From Clostridia bacterium (GTDB lineage Bacteria > Bacillota > Clostridia > Christensenellales > CAG-314): a stretch of 64,000 nt of DNA. Positions within the stretch are counted from its first letter, which is position 1, and each line of letters begins with the position of its first letter. The stretch covers positions 6,414 through 70,413 of the forward strand of contig JAFTHP010000034.1 of the NCBI GenBank assembly GCA_017457305.1. Direction: 5' to 3'. Made by a program: the position numbers and the translations under genes. Positions 31,399 through 40,344 of this stretch are shown here, in pieces. Under the pieces are notes generated by a model. It worked only from the letters and a program-made list of their open reading frames with translations, made no database searches and had not been told where the DNA came from.

Positions 31399-32496
31399 CT
31401 ATTTGTGTAAATTGTAAAACTCTACCGCTTGCTCGGTTAGAGGATGGATGCTAGAAGCGTGTCTTTGCTTGCAAACGTCGTACGCTTCCTGCAAGCATAG
31501 GCAAAACATATTGTGCACGTCACCAATCAGCAAATGATCTATTGGGTAACTGCGTGTGCGCTCCGTTTTGTCGGCAACATACACTATTTTTTCCAGCAAG
31601 GTCATATTTGGTCGTGCTGTGCAGTGGTAGCGAATTGCGTCCAAAACGTCCGCGTCGGTAACGCCAAATTGTTTTTCCGCAACCAGAGCACCAAGGAAAG
31701 CATGCACCACGCTTTGTGGCATATCTCCTTGAACAAATCCGTAGCTAGCGTGCGCTGACAGGTCAATATGTTTGGCGCAATCGTGCAGCAAGCAAGCGAC
31801 AAAAGCCTTGTGTTTTAGCTCCGCTGGAGCAATTTGCAAGCCACGCTCCACCACCCAAAAGGTGTGATTGAAACGTTTTTCGTTGAGCATTGGTTGGAGT
31901 TTATCTACCATCGTTCTGTACTGGGAGTAAAGATTATTTTCTTTTACATACTGATCAACGGCAGCTGGCACTACATCGGCATTGGATTTTCCAAACCGGT
32001 ACTTCAACCTGATTAGTGATGAACTGGTGTTTGTTGGCTCAACCTGAACGTAGGTAACTTGTGCATTGAATTGCTTTTCAAATTGTTGTTCGTCTAGCAT
32101 GGGTGTGCCTAGTCGTTGCGCCACTACAATGTGGGCGAGCTGACAAATTCCCTGTGGATTGTACCACTTGCCAAAGTTTTGGTAGCTATCTCCACCTATT
32201 ATCAAATACAGTTGGTCGGCAGGGAAACGCTCCTTTAGCATAAGCAATGTGTGGTAGGTGTAGCTCTTGCCCTGCTGAAGAATTTCGTAATCGCACACTT
32301 CGGCAAAGGGGCCAAAGGCAAGTCTTGTCATCTCCAACCTGTGAGCAGCCGACACGTCGGTAGTTTTGTGTGGAGGATCTCCACAAGGAAATACCAAAAG
32401 CTTATCCAAACCAAGCTGTTGCTTAGCTTGCAATGCTATTTGCAAATGGGAATTGTGCGGCGGATTGAACGTTCCGCCAAAAATGCCAATTTTCAT
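31399..32496 (-). CDS. nadD: fused nicotinate-nucleotide adenylyltransferase (NadD) / HD-domain YqeK protein
   Basis: Track ORF 31399..32589. Start at ATG 32494-32496 (MKIGIFGGTFNPPHNSH, the canonical NadD N-terminus). The C-terminal half carries a YqeK-type HD domain (RFNHTFWVVERG...LLHDCAKH). One uninterrupted frame. Confidence 0.85.
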   Translation of the reverse strand: MKIGIFGGTFNPPHNSHLQIALQAKQQLGLDKLLVFPCGDPPHKTTDVSAAHRLEMTRLAFGPFAEVCDYEILQQGKSYTYHTLLMLKERFPADQLYLIIGGDSYQNFGKWYNPQGICQLAHIVVAQRLGTPMLDEQQFEKQFNAQVTYVQVEPTNTSSSLIRLKYRFGKSNADVVPAAVDQYVKENNLYSQYRTMVDKLQPMLNEKRFNHTFWVVERGLQIAPAELKHKAFVACLLHDCAKHIDLSAHASYGFVQGDMPQSVVHAFLGALVAEKQFGVTDADVLDAIRYHCTARPNMTLLEKIVYVADKTERTRSYPIDHLLIGDVHNMFCLCLQEAYDVCKQRHASSIHPLTEQAVEFYNLHK

Positions 32497-32502
32497 GCAT
32501 AT

Positions 32503-32531
32503 ATTATATACTATTTTATGTAAATAGACAA
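32503..32531 (-). promoter_or_regulatory. sigma-A-type promoter abutting the nadD start codon (TTGTCT-17-TATAAT)
   Basis: Reverse complement reads TTGTCT ATTTACATAAAATAGTA TATAAT ATATGC ATG. The -10 box ends 6 nt before the ATG and there is no SD. Confidence 0.55.
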
Positions 32532-32724
32532 TAGTTTGCATAAATAATTCTTTTGCCACAAATCGCAACGTTACTTTCACAAAGCCCACAAAATAAAGAG
32601 CTTTTGCAAAATAAAAAAGGAATAAGAAAAAACTTTCTTACCCCAAAACAATTATCAAAACTATTTGCCACTTGCTCAAATCAAAAATTGTATATTACGC
32701 CACTTTACTGCCAACAATTACACT

Positions 32725-33501
32725 ATGAGTAAATTTTTGGATATATTTTTGCTATCACTAACTAGCCAATGCCTATCTTTTTGTTGGGTTAGATACGTCA
32801 CGCACAACAACACAATATCATTTTGGCTGTCACTTGTAATAGCGCTAAGTGTAGCCTACATATTGTACTACTACACAACCCTAGCCAAGGCAAAACACCG
32901 CAAGAAGGTGACAAAAAAGCAGTTGGAAAATCTTTTTGCTACACTCAATTACTGCGAAGACTTATCTAGCATTTTTGCACCAATGCTAAGTTACTTCCAC
33001 TACCAAGTGGTCAAAATAGACTACGACCACCTACTTGCTACACGAGATAACAAGGTGTATTTTGTTGTTTTATCATTTGACAGCAAAAGCCTCTCCGCTA
33101 GCCAAATGCGAAGCGCCATTATTACCGCAAAAAGAAAAAAGGCAACGGATTTGTTGATATTTAGCTACTCAACAACAGGCTCGATTTTAGCCAATGCCAA
33201 CCATCATTTGCCCACAAAAATTGTGGATATACTTGGCACATACAATTTACTAAATCAGTCAAATAATATGCCTTTAACAACACAAGTAAAAGCATTTAAT
33301 GCTCCAATTATTGCACAAATAGCCTTAACAAAGAAACGAGCAAAGTTATGGACGGCAAGCAGTATTGGCGCTATTTTGCTATCCTTTGTAAGCTACATTG
33401 ACTGGTGGCTTCTCAGTTGGGCAACAATATTTGCCCTGCTTGCAATATACTGCCTAGTCAACAAAAAATACAACAACACAACTACCGTCCCATCAATATA
33501 G
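32725..33501 (+). CDS. hypothetical membrane protein (2 TM, soluble core, 2 TM)
   Basis: Track ORF 32665..33501 (TTG). ATG 32725 (MSKFLDIF) chosen. Start uncertain because there is no clear SD. No recognisable motif. Confidence 0.45.
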   Translation: MSKFLDIFLLSLTSQCLSFCWVRYVTHNNTISFWLSLVIALSVAYILYYYTTLAKAKHRKKVTKKQLENLFATLNYCEDLSSIFAPMLSYFHYQVVKIDYDHLLATRDNKVYFVVLSFDSKSLSASQMRSAIITAKRKKATDLLIFSYSTTGSILANANHHLPTKIVDILGTYNLLNQSNNMPLTTQVKAFNAPIIAQIALTKKRAKLWTASSIGAILLSFVSYIDWWLLSWATIFALLAIYCLVNKKYNNTTTVPSI

Positions 33502-33530
33502 CGTAACTTTTTATAAAGCCATATTCTCCA

Positions 33531-34376
33531 CTAACTATCTTTCATTGGCAACGTAGCCACTAGTTGTGATAGCTTTGTTGTAAGTGGCATTGTAACTATT
33601 ACGTGTTCTAGCTGTTGATAATTCAACACCGCTACTACCTTCATTTGGTTATCTACTATTTCCAAACAATATAGGTAGTTGCCCTTAATTCGTTTGGCAA
33701 CAGCTGACAGCGTGCTATCCATTTGGTATACTAGCGTTTTCTTTTCCATACCCACTTTTTCAAACCTTTTCCACAAAAAGGTGCTTTTAGTATATCCTGT
33801 TGGTGCAACTTCTACCGTTAGCAAACACAGGGCAAATAAACCCACCGAAAATAAGTTATCCCCAGTAAACAAGGATATTACGAAAATGGCAAAAAGAACC
33901 ACAGATGCTACTGTTTTGGCACTTTTTACCACAGCAATCACACGACAATTCATCTTAGAAACCAATGCAAATACAATTCGTCCACCATCCAAAGGATAAA
34001 GCGGCAACAAGTTTGTTACTGCCATTGTAACGTTTGCTACAAAAAACTGATGGGTAACTGGGTAAATACTTGGCCACATCCACCAAGATGCCAAACAACA
34101 AACTGCCAAAACAACATTGCACAATGGCCCTGCAAGGGCTATTTTTATTGTGTCGTCAACGGACATATTGTCAAACTGCCCAACCAACGTGGCACCAAAA
34201 ATGCCCAGTTTTATCTGTTCTGTGTGATAAAATAACCGCTTTGCAACAACACAATGTGCCAATTCGTGCAAAAAAACAGCGGCAAAGTACAAAAGAACAA
34301 AAAGCCCCTGCCCAAATGCCACTGCTAATACCATAGCCACCCACAGTGATGGCTGAATAGAAATCTTTATTGCCAA
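33531..34376 (-). CDS. spoIVFB: site-2 (M50) intramembrane metalloprotease, SpoIVFB-like
   Basis: 281 aa, TTG start overlapping the spoIVFA end. HELAH zinc motif in a TM segment. NLLPLYPLDGG motif. Position after minD and spoIVFA as in Bacillus. Confidence 0.75.
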   Translation of the reverse strand: MAIKISIQPSLWVAMVLAVAFGQGLFVLLYFAAVFLHELAHCVVAKRLFYHTEQIKLGIFGATLVGQFDNMSVDDTIKIALAGPLCNVVLAVCCLASWWMWPSIYPVTHQFFVANVTMAVTNLLPLYPLDGGRIVFALVSKMNCRVIAVVKSAKTVASVVLFAIFVISLFTGDNLFSVGLFALCLLTVEVAPTGYTKSTFLWKRFEKVGMEKKTLVYQMDSTLSAVAKRIKGNYLYCLEIVDNQMKVVAVLNYQQLEHVIVTMPLTTKLSQLVATLPMKDS

Positions 34377-34969
34377 CTAATGTTATTTTGTGTTGCAACA
34401 ACGTTTGCAATTTGGCCGTCCACCGTAACTGTAGCACAGAAGGTTCCTTCGTACTTGCCCACAAGTTGATTGGCTTGCAACTGTTGCCCTTGCTCTACAA
34501 AAACTTGTGTCAAGTTGGTGTAGGAAATGGTTGTAGTGTCATCTACTTTTACCACAACGGAGTTTTCGGTAACCTCCTGTACCTCACCAGCAACAAAGGA
34601 CAATGCGGCTCTACCACCAGACAATGTTAACGTGCCTTGATTGCAATCAATAACGGAAGCGTTGCAAGGAATCTCCAATGTGTTGGACACGTCTTGCTCG
34701 CCAAAAATTGCCGTGTAGGCACCCTTTGCCGCAGTAACAATAGTTGTGCGCAGATTGTCGTTTACAAACAATACCACGCCAAAAGCCAACACACAGCACA
34801 TAGCTACCGCCAAAATAGCCAATTTTGTGCGCTTTTTGCTCCACTTGATGCCTTTGCGCTTGATTTTTTGCGCGCTTTCCTCCTCTATATATCTTTGGCT
34901 ATAGGAAACGTCTAGCCAATCGGCTTCTTCGGCATCCAATACGTCGGTAGCAACATCATCGTAAGTCAT
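34367..34969 (-). CDS. spoIVFA: SpoIVFA-like membrane protein with degenerate M23/LytM domain
   Basis: 200 aa. Acidic N-terminus, one TM, C-terminal ISYTNLTQVFVEQGQQLQANQLVGKY resembling an M23 fold without the catalytic His residues. AGGAGG SD. Confidence 0.55.
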   Translation of the reverse strand: MTYDDVATDVLDAEEADWLDVSYSQRYIEEESAQKIKRKGIKWSKKRTKLAILAVAMCCVLAFGVVLFVNDNLRTTIVTAAKGAYTAIFGEQDVSNTLEIPCNASVIDCNQGTLTLSGGRAALSFVAGEVQEVTENSVVVKVDDTTTISYTNLTQVFVEQGQQLQANQLVGKYEGTFCATVTVDGQIANVVATQNNISWQ

Positions 34970-35076
34970 ACAAATATACCTCCTGTAACTGTTGCTAGAT
35001 TATGCCAAAGGGCAATCACTTATGATTGAAAATATGCTTTTTTACTATTTATAACAGGATTCTTGCAAATATGCCA

Positions 35077-35304
35077 CTACCTAACCAAATTGATTTGATT
35101 GGCTTGCTGGACGGAAATCTTGATAACCAAATTGTTACTACTACCAACGTGGGTATCCACCGTGATACCATCACAATTATAGTATGTGCACACAAGCTCC
35201 GTCAACCGCGAAAAGAAATCCGATTGTCCATAGTTGAACTTGTCTTTTACCACCATTGCTTGCACCCTATCAAAAATGTTCGCACCGTTTTTTGTTCTTT
35301 TCAT
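35077..35304 (-). CDS. minE: possible MinE-like topological specificity factor
   Basis: Track ORF 35077..35379. ATG 35302-35304 (MKRTKNGANIFDRV) with an AGGGGG SD, 11 nt after the minD stop. Only weak similarity to the MinE pattern, plus position. Confidence 0.4.
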   Translation of the reverse strand: MKRTKNGANIFDRVQAMVVKDKFNYGQSDFFSRLTELVCTYYNCDGITVDTHVGSSNNLVIKISVQQANQINLVR

Positions 35305-35315
35305 ATTACCCCCTA

Positions 35316-36077
35316 CTACGCATTTTTCTTGAAGCGTCTGCGAAGCTTGCCCCACAAACCCTTGTAACGAGCAACGCAATCGTACATATCAAAGGTGCCA
35401 CAATGAAGATTTTGCGCCAAAGTGTCAAAAGCCTTGTTTTTTGCATAGATATCGGCATTGCAGTTAATTTGATCGTTTTCTGGCACAACGCCAAGCGCCG
35501 TTTTGCCAAGCAAACTGAACACTTCAAAGGCGGAAAGCATTTGCCCATCTGCCACCAAATCGCCACGAACACGGTTTACCACCACCGAAACATCCGCTTG
35601 GGCCAGCTGTGCTATGGTTTTGTCTGCATCACGCACACCCTGTATGTGAGGCGTAACAACCACGATGGCTTCGTCGGCGCATCCAACCGCGCGCCTAAAT
35701 CCCACGTCGATACCTGCTGGGCAATCGATAAGAATATAGTCGAAGGTGTCGTTGAGCCTACCTAGCACCTTTTTGATGGCGTCCACGCCAACCTGCCTTT
35801 TGGGGTTGTGACAACTAGGCATAACGTACAACGTTGGCTCGGTATCATCTTGGATGAGCGCTTGCTGTGGTCGGCAACGGTTTTCTACCACGTCAACAAG
35901 GTCGTAGACAACCTTTGTTTCCATCTGCATGGTAACGTCCAGGTTGTTTAGTCCCATATCCAAGTCCACCAAAAGCACCCGAAGACTTCTTCTGGCCAAA
36001 GCAATGCCAAGATTACAACACACCGTCGTCTTACCTGCTCCCCCTTTTCCACTTGTGATAACAATCTTGCGCGCCAT
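35316..36077 (-). CDS. minD: septum site-determining ATPase MinD
   Basis: Track ORF 35316..36125. Start at ATG 36075-36077 (MARKIVITSGKGGAGKTT) with a GGAGGC SD. Deviant Walker A. C-terminal amphipathic RRRFKKNA. Confidence 0.9.
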   Translation of the reverse strand: MARKIVITSGKGGAGKTTVCCNLGIALARRSLRVLLVDLDMGLNNLDVTMQMETKVVYDLVDVVENRCRPQQALIQDDTEPTLYVMPSCHNPKRQVGVDAIKKVLGRLNDTFDYILIDCPAGIDVGFRRAVGCADEAIVVVTPHIQGVRDADKTIAQLAQADVSVVVNRVRGDLVADGQMLSAFEVFSLLGKTALGVVPENDQINCNADIYAKNKAFDTLAQNLHCGTFDMYDCVARYKGLWGKLRRRFKKNA

Positions 36078-36227
36078 AGTATGCCTCCGTTTTTTGATGT
36101 CATTATAAAACTTTGCATTGCACATAGTTAGGCAACTTGTGCCACTTTGTGACAGTTAAGGACGAAAATACCTTGCTACAGATTTGACGAAAACAACGCA
36201 ATAGAAAACCAAAATGACATATTTACA

Positions 36228-36262
36228 GTAAAAAACGAGTTCAGCTTAGTGCTGGACTCGTT
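36228..36262 (-). terminator. intrinsic terminator after uridine-kinase-like gene
   Basis: Minus-strand RNA AACGAGUCCAGC-loop-GCUGAACUCGUU followed by a U-run. Confidence 0.7.
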
Positions 36263-36353
36263 TTATAATTGGTATTTTGCTTTTTGCCCTGTGTATACAA
36301 CTTTATCTTGCCTGTAATTACGTGACAAAATTACGTTATCCACAGTAAAAACA

Positions 36354-38003
36354 TTATTCGTCAACTTCGGCAAAGCAGCTGCCGCCAATGAACTCTCGTA
36401 GCAGGCTGTTGCATGGTACCCACTTGTCGTCCATATCTTTGAAGTACTTCAAGAACTTGATTAGGCGGTTTGCAGTGATATAGTGTGGACTATTTGATTG
36501 AACTTCTCGTAGTGCGGGAAGTGCGTACTTCTTCATAACGCACATTTCATATGTCAACGCACTGTTGAATACGTAGTTACAACCCTCTTGGAAGGGATAA
36601 ATCCACTTAAACTCGCCACGACGAACACTTGACCACATTTCCAAAGTGCGTTCCGCAGAAGAATCACGGTATTTTTTGTCCCTAACAATGCGGCGCAACA
36701 AACGGATATCGGTGTAGCTGATGGGGTTGTGCATATCCAAATTGATTTGGAATTGTGGCGCAATGTAAATCTTGAACTTGTGATGCTTGGGGATGGAATA
36801 GGATAGTTGATCGTTTAGCGCGTGTATACCTTCAATGATTATTGGAGTGTGGCTGTCAATCTTTGTTTTGATGCCTTCCGCAGTTCTACCTGCACCAAAT
36901 TGGTAAATAGGCAACTCAACTTCTTCGCCGGCAATTAGGGAAGTGATATGGTCGTTGAACAATGCTACGTCTAGGCTTTCCAAGCACTCAAAGTCCTTTT
37001 CGCCATTTTCGTCCAAAGGAATATCTTCGCGGTTTTTGTAGTACATATCCAGTGAAATACGCAAAGGTGTGATACCGCGAGACATCAATTCGATACGCAA
37101 GCGGTTGGAGAAGGTGGTTTTTCCGCTAGAAGATGGCCCAGCAATGCAAATTAGTCGAATATTGTCGATATCGCCAACAATTTTGTCGCCAAGTTCGTGC
37201 AACATATCGTTGTGAAGAGTTTCGTTCATTTGCATGAAGTCTACGTAGGTATCTTCGGTGATATGGTCGTTAATTTTGGAGATAACTTCCGCATTGCAAA
37301 GCTTTGCCCAACGATACGCACGCTTTTGAACCTTGGCAAATGTAGGTTCATCTTGGAAAACAGGGATTTGTCCGCCCACTTCGTAGCGTGGATATTGAGC
37401 AATAATGTGACCATCGTAGCAGAACAGCTTGTAGGTGTGCAAGTAACCTGTACTTGGTGCCATATAGCCATACATATAGTTTAGATAATCGCCACACTTG
37501 TAAAAGTGGCAAATCTTTTCGGGGCGGTATTGCAAGGCTTCTGCTTTGTCTGGGTAATTTGACTGAACAAAGTAGTCGTAGGCTTCTTCCTTGGTCATTG
37601 TTGTACGAACAAATGGCAAGTCCAATGCAACAAGTCGGTCCATTTCGGCAAGGACACTTTTTAGCATATGCTTGTCCATTTTGACGTCATTTGGCTCTAA
37701 AATAGACACCATTATGGAACGAGAAATGCCGTAGGAAAGCTTGATTTGATAATCAGGATAAAGGTTGTGGAAAGCCATAGCAAGCAAATAGCGAAGGCTT
37801 GTTTCGTACACTTTTACCGCATCTCGATCGGTCAAATTTAGCAATTCAACGTCGCAATCAAAGCTCAACTCGTATGTCAGTTCGCGCAATCTGTTGTTAA
37901 CTTTTGCAGCAACAAAGTGCTTGTCGTCATTTTTGATAACGCTCAAAATGGGTGTTTTTTGTGCCAATTCAATGGGCTTGTCTTGTAGGTTTACTGTAAA
38001 CAT
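36354..38003 (-). CDS. uridine/nucleoside kinase family protein with N-terminal TGS/ThrRS-like domains
   Basis: 549 aa. P-loop GPSSSGKTTFSNRL in the C-terminal half (Udk/PRK family). The N-terminal roughly 270 aa resemble the TGS plus second additional domain of ThrRS. GAGGAG SD. Confidence 0.75.
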   Translation of the reverse strand: MFTVNLQDKPIELAQKTPILSVIKNDDKHFVAAKVNNRLRELTYELSFDCDVELLNLTDRDAVKVYETSLRYLLAMAFHNLYPDYQIKLSYGISRSIMVSILEPNDVKMDKHMLKSVLAEMDRLVALDLPFVRTTMTKEEAYDYFVQSNYPDKAEALQYRPEKICHFYKCGDYLNYMYGYMAPSTGYLHTYKLFCYDGHIIAQYPRYEVGGQIPVFQDEPTFAKVQKRAYRWAKLCNAEVISKINDHITEDTYVDFMQMNETLHNDMLHELGDKIVGDIDNIRLICIAGPSSSGKTTFSNRLRIELMSRGITPLRISLDMYYKNREDIPLDENGEKDFECLESLDVALFNDHITSLIAGEEVELPIYQFGAGRTAEGIKTKIDSHTPIIIEGIHALNDQLSYSIPKHHKFKIYIAPQFQINLDMHNPISYTDIRLLRRIVRDKKYRDSSAERTLEMWSSVRRGEFKWIYPFQEGCNYVFNSALTYEMCVMKKYALPALREVQSNSPHYITANRLIKFLKYFKDMDDKWVPCNSLLREFIGGSCFAEVDE

Positions 38004-38104
38004 AAATACTCCTCAAATGGGGTTGATATGCAATATAAGATTTTACTAAATGTACAAGTAACATACTTAAACAATGTTTATATCATTGCTTAAGATGTGT
38101 TTTG

Positions 38105-38623
38105 TTACATTTTTGTGGGTTGTGGGTATTCCACACCAAATGTATCTACACGGATACTTTTGATAACTTGTGGCTCAAATGGACGGTCACTGTAGTCGGT
38201 GTATTCGTCGGCGATTTCGTCAACAACGTTGATGCCTTGTGTAACCTTGCCAAATGCAGCATATTGCCCGTCAAGGTGATGAGCGTCTTCATGCATGATG
38301 AAAAATTGACTGCCAGCGCTGTTGGGATTCATTGCGCGGGCCATACTGATAACACCACGATGATGTGCCAAATCGTTGGCAAAACCATTGCTGGAAAATT
38401 CGCCCTTGATGGAGTATCCTGGGCCACCCGTTCCACGACCTTGTGGACAACCGCCCTGAATCATAAATCCGCGAATTACTCTGTGGAAAATTAGTCCATC
38501 GTAAAAACCGCTGTTGGCTAGCGAAATAAAGTTGTTAACTGTATTTGGTGCAACCTGTGGGTACAATTCTAAAACAATTTTTTTGTCATTTTTCATTGTT
38601 ATTGTAGCGATAGGATTTTGCAT
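38105..38623 (-). CDS. ppiB: peptidyl-prolyl cis-trans isomerase (cyclophilin type)
   Basis: 172 aa. FHRVIRGFMIQGGCPQG...SAGSQFFI. Confidence 0.9.
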   Translation of the reverse strand: MQNPIATITMKNDKKIVLELYPQVAPNTVNNFISLANSGFYDGLIFHRVIRGFMIQGGCPQGRGTGGPGYSIKGEFSSNGFANDLAHHRGVISMARAMNPNSAGSQFFIMHEDAHHLDGQYAAFGKVTQGINVVDEIADEYTDYSDRPFEPQVIKSIRVDTFGVEYPQPTKM

Positions 38624-38725
38624 ATTAAACCTCTTTTTTTATTTAATTTTAGGATACGTCAACAGGGCTGTAAAATGCAACGATATGTTTACATATTGTT
38701 AGTTGACGTATTTTCCGTATCAAGA

Positions 38726-38754
38726 ATTATACCATATTTACCGCACCTTTTCAA
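38726..38754 (-). promoter_or_regulatory. sigma-A-type promoter of ppiB (TTGAAA-17-TATAAT, TGn)
   Basis: Reverse complement reads TTGAAA AGGTGCGGTAAATATGG TATAAT. Confidence 0.6.
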
Positions 38755-38821
38755 TACCTAATTTTTGCTATGCTTGCATAGGTATTTTTTCGGGGAAAAG
38801 TAAACAATTGAACCAGTTTGT

Positions 38822-38850
38822 TTGACTTTTGTGACACTATTTACTATAAT
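38822..38850 (+). promoter_or_regulatory. sigma-A-type promoter of aminopeptidase gene (TTGACT-17-TATAAT)
   Basis: TTGACT TTTGTGACACTATTTAC TATAAT. Confidence 0.6.
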
Positions 38851-38897
38851 ATTGCCAAATACAATACAACGATATTCGTTGATAAGGAGAAAATACC

Positions 38898-40130
38898 ATG
38901 CTAACACAAAAACAAATGGAAAATTTTGCTGAACTTACCGTTAGAATCGGTGCAAATATGCAAAAAGGTCAAGAAGTTGTAATCCGTTGTGACGTAAACT
39001 GTGCCGACTTTGCTCATCTAATTGCAGAAAAAGCTTACCAATTTGGTGCAAAGAAAGTTATGATGCAATGGCGCGACGAAATACTCAGTCGCCTTACAAT
39101 CCTCAACGCAGACAAGGAAACTCTTTGTGAAATCCCACAATACTCCATCGACCAAAGTCAATACTACATTGACCACAAAGTTTGCCTAATTTCCATTTCC
39201 GCAGGTAACCCAAATATCTTCAAGGGTTGCGATCCAGACAAGCTTGCAGCAATGAGCAAAGCAAGCAGTAAGGCAATGGCATTTTTCCGCAAGGCAACAA
39301 TGAGCAACTACCTACGTTGGACGATTGTTTCCGTACCTACACCAGCATGGGCTAACCAAGTTTTCCCCGATTTGCCAACAGACCAAGCTATTGACAAAAT
39401 GTGGAACGCAATTGGTCACATCATGCGCCTAGACACAGAAGATCCAACAGCTGCTTGGCAACAACACATTGCAACACTCAAGCGCCGTGCTGCATACTTG
39501 ACAGAACAAAACTTTGAATATATGCACCTTTACAACGCTGCAGGAACAGATTTGTCCGTTGGTTTGGCTACAGACCACATTTGGATTGCCGCCGAAGAAG
39601 AAGGTCAAGATGGCGTTCCATTTACAGCAAATATGCCTACAGAAGAAGTGTTTACCGCTCCACACTGCCGCAAGATCAACGGCAAGGTTGTAAATGCACT
39701 TCCACTTGTAGAAAACGGAAACGTTATTGACAACTTTAGCCTAACTTTCAAAGATGGCAAGGTTATTGATTACTCAGCAGAAACTGGCTACGACACACTA
39801 AAAAGTTTGCTAGAAAGTGACGAAGGCGCTTTGTCCCTTGGCGAAATTGCACTAATTGGCAAAAACAGCCCAATTGCTGAAAGCGGAATTTTGTTCTTCA
39901 ACACACTATTTGATGAAAATGCAAGCTGTCACTTGGCACTTGGTCAAAGCTATCCAACAACAGTAAAAGATGGTAACGACCTAACCGAAGACCAACTAAA
40001 CGAACGCGGAATGAACAAGAGCATGAAGCACGTTGACTTTATGATTGGAACAAAGGATATCAATATTGACGGCATCACATACGACGGCAAAAAAGTTGCT
40101 ATCTTCCGTGACGGAGAGTGGATTATCTAA
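38898..40130 (+). CDS. M29-family aminopeptidase (AmpS/PepS type)
   Basis: 410 aa. N-terminus QMENFAELTVRIGANMQKGQEVVIR and C-terminal ENASCHLALGQSYP...HVDFMIG typical of thermophilic metalloprotease M29. AGGAGA SD. Confidence 0.88.
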   Translation: MLTQKQMENFAELTVRIGANMQKGQEVVIRCDVNCADFAHLIAEKAYQFGAKKVMMQWRDEILSRLTILNADKETLCEIPQYSIDQSQYYIDHKVCLISISAGNPNIFKGCDPDKLAAMSKASSKAMAFFRKATMSNYLRWTIVSVPTPAWANQVFPDLPTDQAIDKMWNAIGHIMRLDTEDPTAAWQQHIATLKRRAAYLTEQNFEYMHLYNAAGTDLSVGLATDHIWIAAEEEGQDGVPFTANMPTEEVFTAPHCRKINGKVVNALPLVENGNVIDNFSLTFKDGKVIDYSAETGYDTLKSLLESDEGALSLGEIALIGKNSPIAESGILFFNTLFDENASCHLALGQSYPTTVKDGNDLTEDQLNERGMNKSMKHVDFMIGTKDINIDGITYDGKKVAIFRDGEWII

Positions 40131-40178
40131 TAACACAACTACGCTAAAAAATTCCAATTCCATATTTCTAAAAACAAA

Positions 40179-40210
40179 AGACTAACGACAATTCGTTAGT
40201 CTCTTTTTGT
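40179..40210 (+). terminator. bidirectional intrinsic terminator between convergent genes
   Basis: AGACUAACGA-CAAU-UCGUUAGUCU, followed by CUUUUUGUU on the plus strand and UUUGUUUUU on the minus strand. Confidence 0.8.
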
Positions 40211-40344
40211 TGCTTTTATAGGCTTGCGTTATGCAATTTTTGTTGTAATTGCCTGTTGCAGGTTTGTACACACAAGATGGAACAAACAGCACACTAACCG
40301 CATTAAACGACTTTAGTTGTTACATTAAAAATAAGTTAATTGTG

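Noticed and set aside
32725-33501. Mrr/PD-(D/E)xK nuclease-like core in the 258-aa membrane protein.
   Set aside because: There is only a vague resemblance (…VYFVVLSFDSK…LLIFSYSTTGS…). The catalytic residues cannot be identified by eye, so it is left as hypothetical.
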